This document shows, piece after piece, positions 1-8,148 of a stretch of 32,000 nucleotides of DNA. Positions within the stretch are counted from its first letter, which is position 1, and each line of letters begins with the position of its first letter. The notes under the pieces are model-generated. The model was not told where the DNA came from. It did no database searches and saw nothing but the letters and a program-made list of their open reading frames with translations. A program made the translations under genes and the position numbers. The DNA comes from Candidatus Electronema aureum (lineage in GTDB: Bacteria > Desulfobacterota > Desulfobulbia > Desulfobulbales > Desulfobulbaceae), in contig NQJD01000012.1 of NCBI GenBank assembly GCA_004284765.1, positions 1-32,000 of the forward strand, in the 5' to 3' direction.

Positions 1-2
1 CT

Positions 3-212
3 TACGGAAAAGTATTTCCTGCGGAAAGACACAGCGTTGTCAGTAAAGGAAGCGGAAAAACAAGTCATATCGAAAGGATTAATTTAACATTCAGGCAGAG
101 AGTGTCGGCATTAGTCAGGAAGACATTTTCGTTTTCGAGAAGCATTGAAAACTTAACTGCATCTGTTTGGAGATTTATTAATCACTACAACGATTGTATT
201 TTATTTCATTGA
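3..212 (+). CDS. IS1-family transposase, C-terminal fragment (5' end lies outside the window)
   Basis: Own translation of frame 3 from the window edge gives YGKVFPAERHSVVSKGSGKTSHIERINLTFRQRVSALVRKTFSFSRSIENLTASVWRFINHYNDCILFH*, with stop TGA at 210-212. The pattern H-IER-N-x3-RQ-x5-RKT-x-SFS-x-S is the conserved C-terminus of IS1 InsB-type transposases. It is absent from the ORF track because it has no start in the window. Confidence 0.7.
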   Translation, partial: YGKVFPAERHSVVSKGSGKTSHIERINLTFRQRVSALVRKTFSFSRSIENLTASVWRFINHYNDCILFH

Positions 213-496
213 TCACTCACAGATCTCTATTACCCTTTTTTGGATAGTGTGTCGCTGAAGACAGTCTTACTGCGATTTTAATTTGATTGTGATCCCAACT
301 GGTTGACATGGTAACCCCATACTTGGGCATCTCGCCGTCTGCACATAATCAGGAAGTTTGCCGGGAAACAGTAGGCTCTCATTTGCTGAAATGTTTTAAA
401 GCAAACCTATTGAGCATACGATCTTTAGTGTTTTTAATATCGGCTATTCAGTACAATTCCTGTATTTTCAAGAGGCTATTTCGTGTAACTTGTAAG

Positions 497-1402
497 CTAA
501 AAAGAGTTGCACATTAGGTGAAATGTATTGTTAATGCGAATTAGGAGTTGAAAATAGGAGTAAGCAGCAACAGTAAGCAGCAACATGGCGGCCGCTAATT
601 TTCCATAGACATGAACAAGCAAGCCCTGTGTTGAGCGAACCTTTGAAGCAGTTTGGATGCCGGTTTTTTCGTCAATCCAGTTGAACAGCGACTCAATGGG
701 CTGCCTGACCATGCTGACAGCCGATGATAGGATTTCGTCCATCACGCTGAGTTTCTGCCCTTTCTTTCTTTTGAACGGCGTATTCAAAGAGGTGTTCTGT
801 TCTTCCAGACGCTGCTTGAGCGCATTGCTGACATACGCTTTGTCCGCATAGACAGAAGTGTCGTGCAAATCGTCGGCAATTTCTTTCAGGACATTAATGT
901 CCGCTGTGCTTGCCGGTGTGATTCCGATATAATCAGGCAGAGGAAGCCGCCCATTTCTTCGGACAGCAAAGATATGGAGCTTGAGGCCGCAAAAATACGT
1001 TTCTTTGACGGAATTATACCCTTTGTCGTTGATTTCACGGGAAACTTTCGCCCGGCTGCTGCGCCGGGCGTTTGCGGTCATGATCGGCATGGAGTCGATC
1101 AGGTGGACATATCCTGCGTCAGGCAGCGGAGCGAAATCATTCTGAATGAGAGAAAGCAGTCCGGCAAAAACTTGAGGGAGACGGTTCAGTCGCTGAATAT
1201 ACGTTGCATATGCCCGAAGTTTTGGAAACCATTCCTTCAGATGATTCCGAACGTATTCATAACTAGGCTTCACTTTCCGGTGACCATTCATAATCCCCCA
1301 CAAATAAACCGTCAGAACCTCGGCATCGCTGAATTCTGGATTGGAATTGTTGCTCATCCGTTCTGCACAAATAAACAGGCCGGATGCGCGATGCTTGTCC
1401 AT
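497..1402 (-). CDS. IS982-family DDE transposase
   Basis: 301-aa ORF. It has an N-terminal FSDAEVLTVYLWGI block, then HLIDSMPI, VYADKAY and RQPIESLFNWI..KVRS..GL..HVY blocks that I recognise as IS982-type. The ORF reads through the left IR (535-549) and stops only at 497-499 in flanking DNA. An alternative start is M16 at 1357. Confidence 0.85.
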   Translation of the reverse strand: MDKHRASGLFICAERMSNNSNPEFSDAEVLTVYLWGIMNGHRKVKPSYEYVRNHLKEWFPKLRAYATYIQRLNRLPQVFAGLLSLIQNDFAPLPDAGYVHLIDSMPIMTANARRSSRAKVSREINDKGYNSVKETYFCGLKLHIFAVRRNGRLPLPDYIGITPASTADINVLKEIADDLHDTSVYADKAYVSNALKQRLEEQNTSLNTPFKRKKGQKLSVMDEILSSAVSMVRQPIESLFNWIDEKTGIQTASKVRSTQGLLVHVYGKLAAAMLLLTVAAYSYFQLLIRINNTFHLMCNSF

Positions 1403-1530
1403 GTAATAAAAAAATGTTATAACACGTTATTGCCAATCCATTTATTCCTCCTGCGGTCAAGTCGGCAAAGATGGTGCTTTACCGGCGTATAGTACAGGAA
1501 TAATGGATTGGTTTTAACTCCTAATTCGCA
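535..1530 (-). mobile_element. Complete IS982-family insertion sequence (996 bp)
   Basis: TGCGAATTAGGAGTT at 535-549 is the exact reverse complement of 1516-1530 (15/15, or 18/20 when extended inward). The pair brackets one DDE transposase ORF, and the size fits IS982 (about 1 kb). The right boundary abuts the last homologous codon of an IS30 transposase gene. Confidence 0.8.
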
Positions 1531-1869
1531 TTGATAGATTCGTTCATGACTGACCTGAAGATTTTTGGTTGCGGATAGCCAGCCGCTGATGTGTTCAGGA
1601 CTCCAATCTTCGCAGAGAAGATCATTGACAATATGCCATATTTCTTCAGAAATTCTTAGCTTGGTCTTTTCTTGGCGGCGTTGACCAGACAGTTGTTGTG
1701 CCTGCTTGGGTCGATAGCCGCGTTCACCGCTATTACGCTGTAATTCTCGACCGATAGTTGATCTGTGTCGGCCAAGCTGCAAGGCTATGGCTGATTTCTG
1801 ATGCCCTGCTTGCTTTAAGGCGTAAATTTGGTTACGCTCTGCTTCGGTGAGTTGTGTGTAGTTTTTCAT
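1531..1869 (-). pseudogene. IS30-family transposase, N-terminal 113 codons only, truncated by the IS982 insertion
   Basis: From ATG 1867-1869 the translation is MKNYTQLTEAERNQIYALKQAGHQKSAIALQLGRHRSTIGRELQRN...WSPEHISGWL...VSHERIYQ. This is the HTH region plus the conserved SHE-IY motif of IS30 transposases. Sensible sequence ends at 1531, the base adjacent to the IS982 IR. The catalytic DDE part is missing from the window. ORF-track entry 1417..1917 is this fragment plus read-through into IS982. Confidence 0.75.
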
Positions 1870-2096
1870 CCGTGCTTCTCTTGCTTGCCGGTAAGAAATG
1901 AGCCAGCATACTACCACAACTCACTTTTCTTACAACCAGACAAAAGTTGCACTTACAAGTTGAATTCACCGCCACACCTTGATAACCAGCATCTGCCAGC
2001 AGCACGACATGCGCTTCTTATTTCAACTGCGTAACTCCTAAATATATCCAAAAAAAATAAAAATCAACGGATTTAACCCACAACCAGCTATCTCAC

Positions 2097-3104
2097 TTAC
2101 TTCTCAAACAGATTAGCAAGACCACCGATCACCGAACCTTGATCCACGCCCTTGCCTCCGGTCTGTGGCGCAGCCGTCCAAATTCTTCCAGCAAGACGTG
2201 AGAAAGGCAGTGATTGCAGCCAAACATGTCCCGGCCCCCGCAGCGTCGCAAAGAAGAAGCCTTCACCACCAAAGACCGCTGATTTAACGTTGCCCACATA
2301 CTCAATGTCGTACTTCACCGTCTGCGTCAGGGCAACGAGACAGCCCGTGTCAACCCGCAAGGTCTGGCCTGCTGCCAGTTCACGTTCAACAATGGTACCG
2401 CCCGCATGGACAAAGCAAAGGCCGTCGCCGTCTAATTGCTGCATGATGAAGCCTTCGCCACCGAAGAGGGCCACGCCGATCTTCTTCTGGAACGCCACGC
2501 CCACGGCAACTCCTTTAGCTGCGCAGAGGAAGGCATCTTTCTGGCAGATGATCCGTCCGCCGTATTTGCTCAGATCAAGCGGAATAATCTTGCCCGGATA
2601 CGGCGCAGCAAAGGCCGCTCGCCCCTTGCCTTGGCCGATAAAGGTAAACACGGTGATGAACAAACTCTCGCCGGTGATCAATCGCTTGCCTGCACCGAGC
2701 ATCTTATCAAAGAAGCCGCCCGACTGTGAGGAAGCAGAGCCGTCTCCGAAGATAGTATCCATGCGGATGCCATCGCTCATGTACATCATACTGCCTGCTT
2801 CAGCGATCACACTTTCCTGCGGGTCCAGCTCAACCTCAACAAACTGCATTTCATGTCCGAATATCTCATAATCAATCTCATGAGCATGATGACGGCTCAC
2901 CATAGGCGGGGGAGCTTGCCGCCCAGCTGCTGCGCTCGGATTCGCCAGTTCAGCGACTTGAGCAATCGGTAGCCAGTCGGAAAAACCCTCGCGCCAGACC
3001 ATTGTTGCGCTATTGTACTGCCCTGAACGCAGTCCGGCGAGTAGCTGATCTTGAGAAAACGGCCCTACAGTTTGTCCATTGACAGCAACATACCAATTGT
3101 ACAT
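2097..3104 (-). CDS. GYF_2 (DUF4339) domain fused to an AIM24/TIGR00266-family (DUF124) protein
   Basis: The N-terminus [47 protein letters not shown] is the bacterial GYF_2 motif. The remainder ([65 protein letters not shown]) fits AIM24/DUF124. An AGGAGG lies upstream, and the start is 2 nt after the bioG stop. Confidence 0.75.
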   Translation of the reverse strand: MYNWYVAVNGQTVGPFSQDQLLAGLRSGQYNSATMVWREGFSDWLPIAQVAELANPSAAAGRQAPPPMVSRHHAHEIDYEIFGHEMQFVEVELDPQESVIAEAGSMMYMSDGIRMDTIFGDGSASSQSGGFFDKMLGAGKRLITGESLFITVFTFIGQGKGRAAFAAPYPGKIIPLDLSKYGGRIICQKDAFLCAAKGVAVGVAFQKKIGVALFGGEGFIMQQLDGDGLCFVHAGGTIVERELAAGQTLRVDTGCLVALTQTVKYDIEYVGNVKSAVFGGEGFFFATLRGPGHVWLQSLPFSRLAGRIWTAAPQTGGKGVDQGSVIGGLANLFEK

Positions 3105-3106
3105 GA

Positions 3107-3787
3107 TTACACCTCCTGAGTTGGGATGATGATACGACGCTCTTGGCTATAGAATGGAAAGTGGGGCAGCGCTCCTAAGACGCAGTTTTCCTTGCCCCAC
3201 GCACGCACTTGATTGCGAGCCGGAAAGATGCGGTCGCGGGTGGTGATGATTCGGCGGTTGTAGATGTCTGGCAGCCGAGCCGAGGAGCTGCTGCGGCAGA
3301 GTTTATAGAGATTCTCCAGCTCATCCCAGAGCAGTTCCACCGAACGGCAGGGCTTGCAGAGCAAAAAGCGTTCCGCTTCTTCATCACAGTCGAACATCGA
3401 GCGGTAAAAAGACTCTTGCTTTGCTGGGGAGAAGCTGCCCAGCATCTCTTCAAAGTCTTGCACGGGAATGCCGCAACGGTTGTCAATGGGACTGAGTGTA
3501 CCGCCGATGGCCGTTGATGAGCTAAAACGCAGAGCAGCAAAGCGGGGGTCATGCTGCGAGAGCCAAGACGCTGCCCAGACTCCCATCGACCAAGCCAGCA
3601 GGTGTAAATTGCCCGCAGGCAGGAGGTTGAAGAGTTCGCTGCTGTCCATGCTGCGGTAATCAAAGACCATCAGCACATCGGCCAAGCCGAAATCCACCTC
3701 TGAGAACGGCTCTGGCCCCATGCCCCAGCCGCTCATGAACAGCAGACAGTCCTTACTACCCTTACGCTGGAGCCAGCAACTCTTCAT
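3107..3787 (-). CDS. bioG: Pimeloyl-ACP methyl ester esterase BioG (DUF452 family)
   Basis: 226 aa. [14 protein letters not shown] and [11 protein letters not shown] (serine nucleophile elbow) fit the DUF452/BioG alpha/beta-hydrolase pattern. There is a 4-nt overlap with the upstream bioF. Confidence 0.7.
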   Translation of the reverse strand: MKSCWLQRKGSKDCLLFMSGWGMGPEPFSEVDFGLADVLMVFDYRSMDSSELFNLLPAGNLHLLAWSMGVWAASWLSQHDPRFAALRFSSSTAIGGTLSPIDNRCGIPVQDFEEMLGSFSPAKQESFYRSMFDCDEEAERFLLCKPCRSVELLWDELENLYKLCRSSSSARLPDIYNRRIITTRDRIFPARNQVRAWGKENCVLGALPHFPFYSQERRIIIPTQEV

Positions 3788-4986
3788 GGCTTGATTCTAG
3801 CTAAAATTTGTTCAGGCAAACCATCTAATTGCGTCGAGTTCATGGTCGCACTGAGGGAAAGACGGAGCCGAGCTGTATTCGGAGGGACAGTCGGTGGCCT
3901 GACTGCGTTTACCCACCAGCCTTGACCTTGCAGCTGCTCTGCTACAGCCACTGCTTGCGCCGAATCGCCGATCATAACCGGCACAATTTGACTCGAGCCA
4001 CCGGTGACAAGACCTAGCTGATGCAACCGAGTGCGTAGCTGATCGGCTAATTCGGTCAGACGCAGGCGTTCATCGGTCATCGTGACAATTTTTTGCAGGA
4101 CGAAATTGAGCCAATGGATGCAAATAGGCGGTAAAGCGGTAGTGAAGATCAACGAACGGGCTGTATTGACCAAAAAATCGCACAAAAGACGACTGCCAAC
4201 AACAAACGCACCCTGTCCGGCCAAAGCTTTACCAAAGGTACCGATGAGCAGATCAATCTGATCGAGGACATCCTGCTCTTCCGCCAGTCCCAAGCCACGC
4301 TCACCACGCACGCCCACCGCATGCGCCTCATCTACATACAGTACCGCCCCATATTTATGCCGTAGAGCCGCTAACGCGGGCAGATCAGCGCAGTCACCGT
4401 CCATCGAAAAGATAGATTCAGTGACGATGAAGACCATCCTGGATGGGCCGCAATGTTGCCGCAGTAGCTTCTCCAGCTTCTCGTAGTCAAGATGCGGATA
4501 ACGGATGACCTTCGCCCCTGTTAGCCGTAGCCCGTCAATCAGGCTGGCATGGCAGAGCCGATCAGCTAAGACAAAATCATCCTTGCGGATGATGGCCGAG
4601 AGCACGCCCGTGTTGAGCTGCCAGCCAGAGTTGAAGACCAATGCCCTTTCTTTGCCGTAGAGCCTAGCCAGCGAGTCCTCCAGCTGCTGATATGCTGCAC
4701 TACTACCGGTCATCAGACGGGATGCACCGCTTCCTAGAGCAAATAATCTACAATCGTTATCGCTTGTAAGGTTAGCGTAGAACTCGCGAAGTAAAGCTGC
4801 ATCACTGCCAAGGCCTAGGTAATCGTTGCCAGAGAGGTTGAGATACTGTTTGCCCTCAACCTCGATCCGTCCTTTGGCAAGCGGCTTCGTTTGCACGATA
4901 GAGCGCAACAGTCCCTGCGCATCAAGGGACTGAAGATGCTCGTGCAGACGGTGATCAAGATGTGTCATAATAGGCAGCTGAACCAT
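3784..4986 (-). CDS. bioF: 8-amino-7-oxononanoate synthase (KAPA synthase)
   Basis: 400 aa. It carries LSGNDYLGL, GSGASRLMTGS, VDEAHAVG and SIFSMDGD (PLP-lysine region replaced by the typical S-x-x-K context FGKALAG). This is a class-II aminotransferase of the BioF type and is adjacent to bioG. Confidence 0.9.
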   Translation of the reverse strand: MVQLPIMTHLDHRLHEHLQSLDAQGLLRSIVQTKPLAKGRIEVEGKQYLNLSGNDYLGLGSDAALLREFYANLTSDNDCRLFALGSGASRLMTGSSAAYQQLEDSLARLYGKERALVFNSGWQLNTGVLSAIIRKDDFVLADRLCHASLIDGLRLTGAKVIRYPHLDYEKLEKLLRQHCGPSRMVFIVTESIFSMDGDCADLPALAALRHKYGAVLYVDEAHAVGVRGERGLGLAEEQDVLDQIDLLIGTFGKALAGQGAFVVGSRLLCDFLVNTARSLIFTTALPPICIHWLNFVLQKIVTMTDERLRLTELADQLRTRLHQLGLVTGGSSQIVPVMIGDSAQAVAVAEQLQGQGWWVNAVRPPTVPPNTARLRLSLSATMNSTQLDGLPEQILARIKP

Positions 4987-5027
4987 TCAGGCTTCAGGGA
5001 AAAAAGGCATCGTCAGGTAATTTAAAT

Positions 5028-5078
5028 AGACCTCTTGCGTAAGCCGCAACTTGAGCCCCTGCTTAACGCAAGAGGTCT
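5028..5078. other. Perfect 13-bp inverted repeat (AGACCTCTTGCGT / ACGCAAGAGGTCT) with 25-nt spacer in the long bioF upstream gap
   Basis: 5028-5040 is the exact reverse complement of 5066-5078. The arms extend imperfectly (AAG / CTTA). It lies 42-92 nt upstream of the bioF ATG. No clean U-run follows on either strand. Confidence 0.5.
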
Positions 5079-5375
5079 GCTGGATATGTGCTATTGCCCC
5101 GGCAAAAGAACGAGTATCCCCCGGACAAAAGCACTCCCGATGAATGGTCGTGGGGATGAGCGATGATTTTTCGGAACACACCAACGGCTGCCTGCTACAA
5201 CTTTTGCCTTACATGAGGGACACAGTGCCATAACACAACCTCCTTGCGTTGGAGATAACCAATTCTGCCTATCCAGCACAATTGCAGACAGGTAGAAACT
5301 GGCTGATGGGCCAGATTAACTACCGGTACTGCCTCTGTCAACAGGGATATTGCCATAGCGCACTCAGCGCATGAT

Positions 5376-6074
5376 TCACAAAAAATACACCGCGCAGTAA
5401 TAGCCGCCCACCACGAGGAAGAGCAGGCCGGTTATGCGCCGCGCCCAGCGTTCAAAGGCAGTGATGCGGTTGAAGGCTTGGGCGACCTTGTTGGTGCCAA
5501 AGGCCAGCAGCAGGGCGAAGAGCAGCACCGGCAGGCCGGTGGCCAGTCCGTAGATGCCGGGAATGAGCAGGCTTGACTGCTGCTGCACGGCCAAGGGCAG
5601 GAGCGAGCCGAAGAACAGGGCCGCCGAGGTCGGGCAAAAGGAGAGGGCGAAGACCATGCCCAGCAGCCCGGCCCCGCCGATGCCAAGAGAATCAGCCTTG
5701 TTCTGCAAGGCCGCGCTCAGGCCGCCGCCCTTGCCCGCAGGCAGGCGGATGACCTCCAGCAGAATCAGGCCGACCACGATCAGCACCGGGCCGAGGGCCA
5801 TGTTCATGTGCTTTTGCAGCATCTGCGAGAGCGAGGGCGCAGAGAGCAGGCTGCCGACCAGCAGCACTCCGAGCAGCAGATAGGCCAGAGTGCGCCCGGC
5901 GGTGTAGAGCAGCCCTGCCTGCAAGACGCTGGCCGGTCTGCCCACCCGCCGTCCCACGTAGGAGATGGCGGCGATGTTGGTGGTCAGCGGGCAGGGGCTG
6001 ATGGAGGTGAGGATGCCGAGCCAGAAGGCCGAGGCCAGCGCCGAGGCCAGCGGCATGAGGATGGACTCGCTCAT
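5376..6074 (-). CDS. CcdA/DsbD-type transmembrane thiol-disulfide protein (ArsG-like permease family)
   Basis: 232 aa and very hydrophobic, with about 6 TM segments. Single cysteines sit in SISPCPL (TM1) and LSFCPTS (TM4), as in CcdA/DsbD-core proteins. A 4-nt overlap with the upstream gene suggests coupling. From memory, this family is named ArsG-like when found in ars clusters. Confidence 0.7.
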   Translation of the reverse strand: MSESILMPLASALASAFWLGILTSISPCPLTTNIAAISYVGRRVGRPASVLQAGLLYTAGRTLAYLLLGVLLVGSLLSAPSLSQMLQKHMNMALGPVLIVVGLILLEVIRLPAGKGGGLSAALQNKADSLGIGGAGLLGMVFALSFCPTSAALFFGSLLPLAVQQQSSLLIPGIYGLATGLPVLLFALLLAFGTNKVAQAFNRITAFERWARRITGLLFLVVGGYYCAVYFL

Positions 6075-6526
6075 GAGCCTGCGCCTTGGTTGAGAGCGGC
6101 TATCTCGGTGCGGAGGTAGTCGCTGAACGCAGGCTCGTCATGCACGAGCTGCCAAACCTTATCCAGCCGCCGCCACTTTGTTTCCTTGCCGCCCTCCATC
6201 TTGGAGACCACCACCGAGCGCGTTGCCAACTGATACTCTTCAACGAAGTGCTCGTTCTCGGTCTCGTCCACATTGACCACCTGCAATTCCACTGAGCCGT
6301 CCTTGAGCTGGGTGGCAAACCCTTCCTCCAAGGTCTTCTTGGTCAGGGCCTCAATCTTCTTGCAGGTCTTGCAGCGCATGTTGCCGTGGAAGTAATAGAC
6401 CCGCGTCTTGCTCTGCTCGACGCGCTGCGCCTGCCCGCTGGCCGGGGCTTCCTCAGCCAGTGCCGCGCCGCCGCTGAAGGCGAAGACCGACAGGGCCAAG
6501 GCGATGATGCGGATGCTCTTTCTCAT
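6071..6526 (-). CDS. Exported thioredoxin-like CxxC protein (ArsF-like family)
   Basis: It has a Sec signal peptide, MRKSIRIIALALSVFAFSGGAALA followed by EE. One CxxC (RCKTCKK) lies in a thioredoxin-like domain of about 120 aa. It has 4-nt overlaps with both neighbouring genes. Confidence 0.6.
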   Translation of the reverse strand: MRKSIRIIALALSVFAFSGGAALAEEAPASGQAQRVEQSKTRVYYFHGNMRCKTCKKIEALTKKTLEEGFATQLKDGSVELQVVNVDETENEHFVEEYQLATRSVVVSKMEGGKETKWRRLDKVWQLVHDEPAFSDYLRTEIAALNQGAGS

Positions 6527-6768
6527 TTTCCTGCTCCTCCTGCCAGCATAGCCTTCAGCTCATCCACCGAGGAAGCCTTGCCGACCAGTTTCACCTCGCC
6601 GTCCACAACCAAGGCAGGTGTCGTCATCACACCGAACGATATAATTTGACGGATGTCTGTGACCTTCTCGATCTGGCAGTCAAGCTGAAGGGCTTTGGCA
6701 GCAGCTTCGGCGTGTTCCGCCAGCTTCTTGCACTTGGGGCAGCCAGTGCCCAGTATCTGGATCTTCAT
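6523..6768 (-). CDS. Small thioredoxin-fold protein (redox-active disulfide protein 2, TM0996/MTH895-like)
   Basis: 81 aa. It has the MKIQILGTGCPKCKK CxxC at the N-terminus and TPALVVDGEV near the C-terminus. AAAGGAGA lies upstream. This family is frequently adjacent to arsenite permeases. Confidence 0.8.
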   Translation of the reverse strand: MKIQILGTGCPKCKKLAEHAEAAAKALQLDCQIEKVTDIRQIISFGVMTTPALVVDGEVKLVGKASSVDELKAMLAGGAGK

Positions 6769-6843
6769 TGCAGTCTCCTTTGTTGTTTGTTTATCTGGCT
6801 TGTGGCATTCTCAAGACCAGCTCCTTCGCTGGCAGCCAGCCGT

Positions 6844-7443
6844 CTATTTCCTCTTCTTTCTCTCACGGCCAAGGATCACAGCGAACAGCTCGTTGATGTT
6901 GAAGGTGATGCCGAGGATAGTGATCTTTGGTTCAACAACACGGTTGAACACCTCTGCCGCCGACTCCTTGTCCTCCTGCTGCTTATCTATGTTCTGCATG
7001 ACACTGCGCAGCTCTCCCTTGTCCTTCGGCTGCACCAGTCCCAGCAGCTCCTTCACGCTGTATTCCTTGTCCGAGCCATCGGGAATATACAGGTCATTGC
7101 CCCGCTGGGCGTGCTTGAGCAGGGTCTCGTAATCCGCCGTGCGTTCCGGGTCATCGGGCATGGGCACACGCTCCCGGACGCGCAGCTTCTCAAAGCTGGC
7201 GTTGATCTCCCGCAGCGAGTACCAGAGGAAGTGCAGGTACTCCTTGCGGCGCGGGCCGTTCACCCAGAGGCTGATGCGCCGCTTCTCGTAATCCGCCTTG
7301 ACCGCAGCCTGCGCGCCGCCGTCCTTGTCCTGCAAGACCACGCCGGTGCGCCAGTGCTGCTCGCCCTTGATGTCCTTATGCAGCTTGACCATGAAGCGGG
7401 GCAGCACGGACAGCGGCAGAAAGTCCTCATGGAGGAAGTCCAC
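6844..7443 (-). pseudogene. COR-domain (COR-B) C-terminal fragment of a ROCO protein
   Basis: The frame opens right after an in-frame TAG at 7468-7470. The first possible start is GTG 7441-7443, with no SD. FLPLSVLPRFMVKLH, WRTGVVL and RISLWVNGPRRKEYLHFLWYSLREIN resemble the C-terminal half of COR domains. No Roc GTPase P-loop is present anywhere nearby. Confidence 0.55.
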
Positions 7444-7488
7444 CAGCGTCGTAATTAGAGGAGCGACCTATGGCACCCTGAGAGCAAG

Positions 7489-8106
7489 CTATCTGCGTGT
7501 GTGTAGTGCGGTAAAATACTGGCGAACGGCATAAATCCCCTTAATAGCTATTTCATATGGTGGGGAGGTGAGAGGGTTGATGTCAAGGCCAAGCACCATC
7601 AGGCTGGTGAGCTGGAATAGCTCAAGCGGCAGGGCGGTGAGCTGGTTGTTGCGGAGGTCAAGTTGCTCCAGCTTTGCAAGCTGGCAGATTTCAGGCGGCA
7701 GAGTGGTGAGCTGGTTACCGCCGAGGTGAAACCCCGTCAGGCTGGTGAGCTGGAACAGCGCAGGCGGCAGGGTGGTGAACTTGTTGCCGCCGAGGTAAAG
7801 TTTGTCCAGCTTGGTGAGCTGGCAGATTTTAGGCGGCAGGGTAGTGAGCTGGTTGCCGCTGAGGTGAAGCCACGCCAGGCTGATGAGCTGGTTGAAGTTA
7901 AGGTAAAGCTCCGCTAGCATGGTGAGCTGGCCAATCTCAGGCGGCAGGGCGGTGAGCTGGTTGCCGCTGAGGTCAAGTGCTCCCAGATTACTGAGCTGGC
8001 CAATCTCAGGCGGCAGGACGGTTAATCCTTTATTGCATAGGTCAAGCTCAGTCGCCCTGTTTGCCTTTGCACTCTTTATCACCCTCAGTAGCTCGTCATT
8101 CGTCAT
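7489..8106 (-). CDS. Leucine-rich repeat protein (N-terminal LRR module of a former ROCO gene)
   Basis: The start is chosen at ATG 8104-8106 (MTNDELL), preceded by AGGAGA. There are six to seven 23-aa LRRs, LxxLxLxGNQLTxLPPEIxQLxx. One unit is only 13 aa long (LAELYLNFNQLIS). The protein ends NPLTSPPYEIAIKGIYAVRQYF, the linker that normally precedes a Roc domain, followed 7 codons later by TAG. The ORF-track N-terminal extension to 8307 runs through a 23-bp tandem repeat. Confidence 0.8.
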   Translation of the reverse strand: MTNDELLRVIKSAKANRATELDLCNKGLTVLPPEIGQLSNLGALDLSGNQLTALPPEIGQLTMLAELYLNFNQLISLAWLHLSGNQLTTLPPKICQLTKLDKLYLGGNKFTTLPPALFQLTSLTGFHLGGNQLTTLPPEICQLAKLEQLDLRNNQLTALPLELFQLTSLMVLGLDINPLTSPPYEIAIKGIYAVRQYFTALHTRR

Positions 8107-8148
8107 CGCCTGTTCTCCTGTGTTGTTTGTGGGGTTGTATGGCATTCG

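Noticed and set aside
213-486. The region between the IS1 transposase stop and the putative IS30 end, examined for the IS1 right inverted repeat, for IS30 C-terminal coding remnants, and for ORF 308..517.
   Set aside because: No reading frame resembles a transposase, and the left IS1 end is outside the window for comparison. No boundary can therefore be placed. ORF 308..517 has no recognisable features.
2040-2096. A T-run (TTTTTATTTTTTTT on the minus strand) downstream of the AIM24 gene, considered as a terminator.
   Set aside because: I could find no convincing GC-rich stem immediately upstream of the run, so it is not reported as a feature.
5091-5279. A 62-aa minus-strand ORF containing CPSCKAKV, considered as a small zinc-ribbon protein. 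A second ORF, 4987..5184, was also examined.
   Set aside because: It has only one CxxC pair, no SD, overlapping alternative frames and an implausible composition. The region is treated as a structured non-coding region instead.
7471-7486. A sigma54-like element, TGGCAC-N5-GAGCA, on the plus strand at the ROCO deletion junction.
   Set aside because: The downstream half deviates from TTGC(A/T). No plus-strand gene follows, since the region is antisense to the LRR gene.
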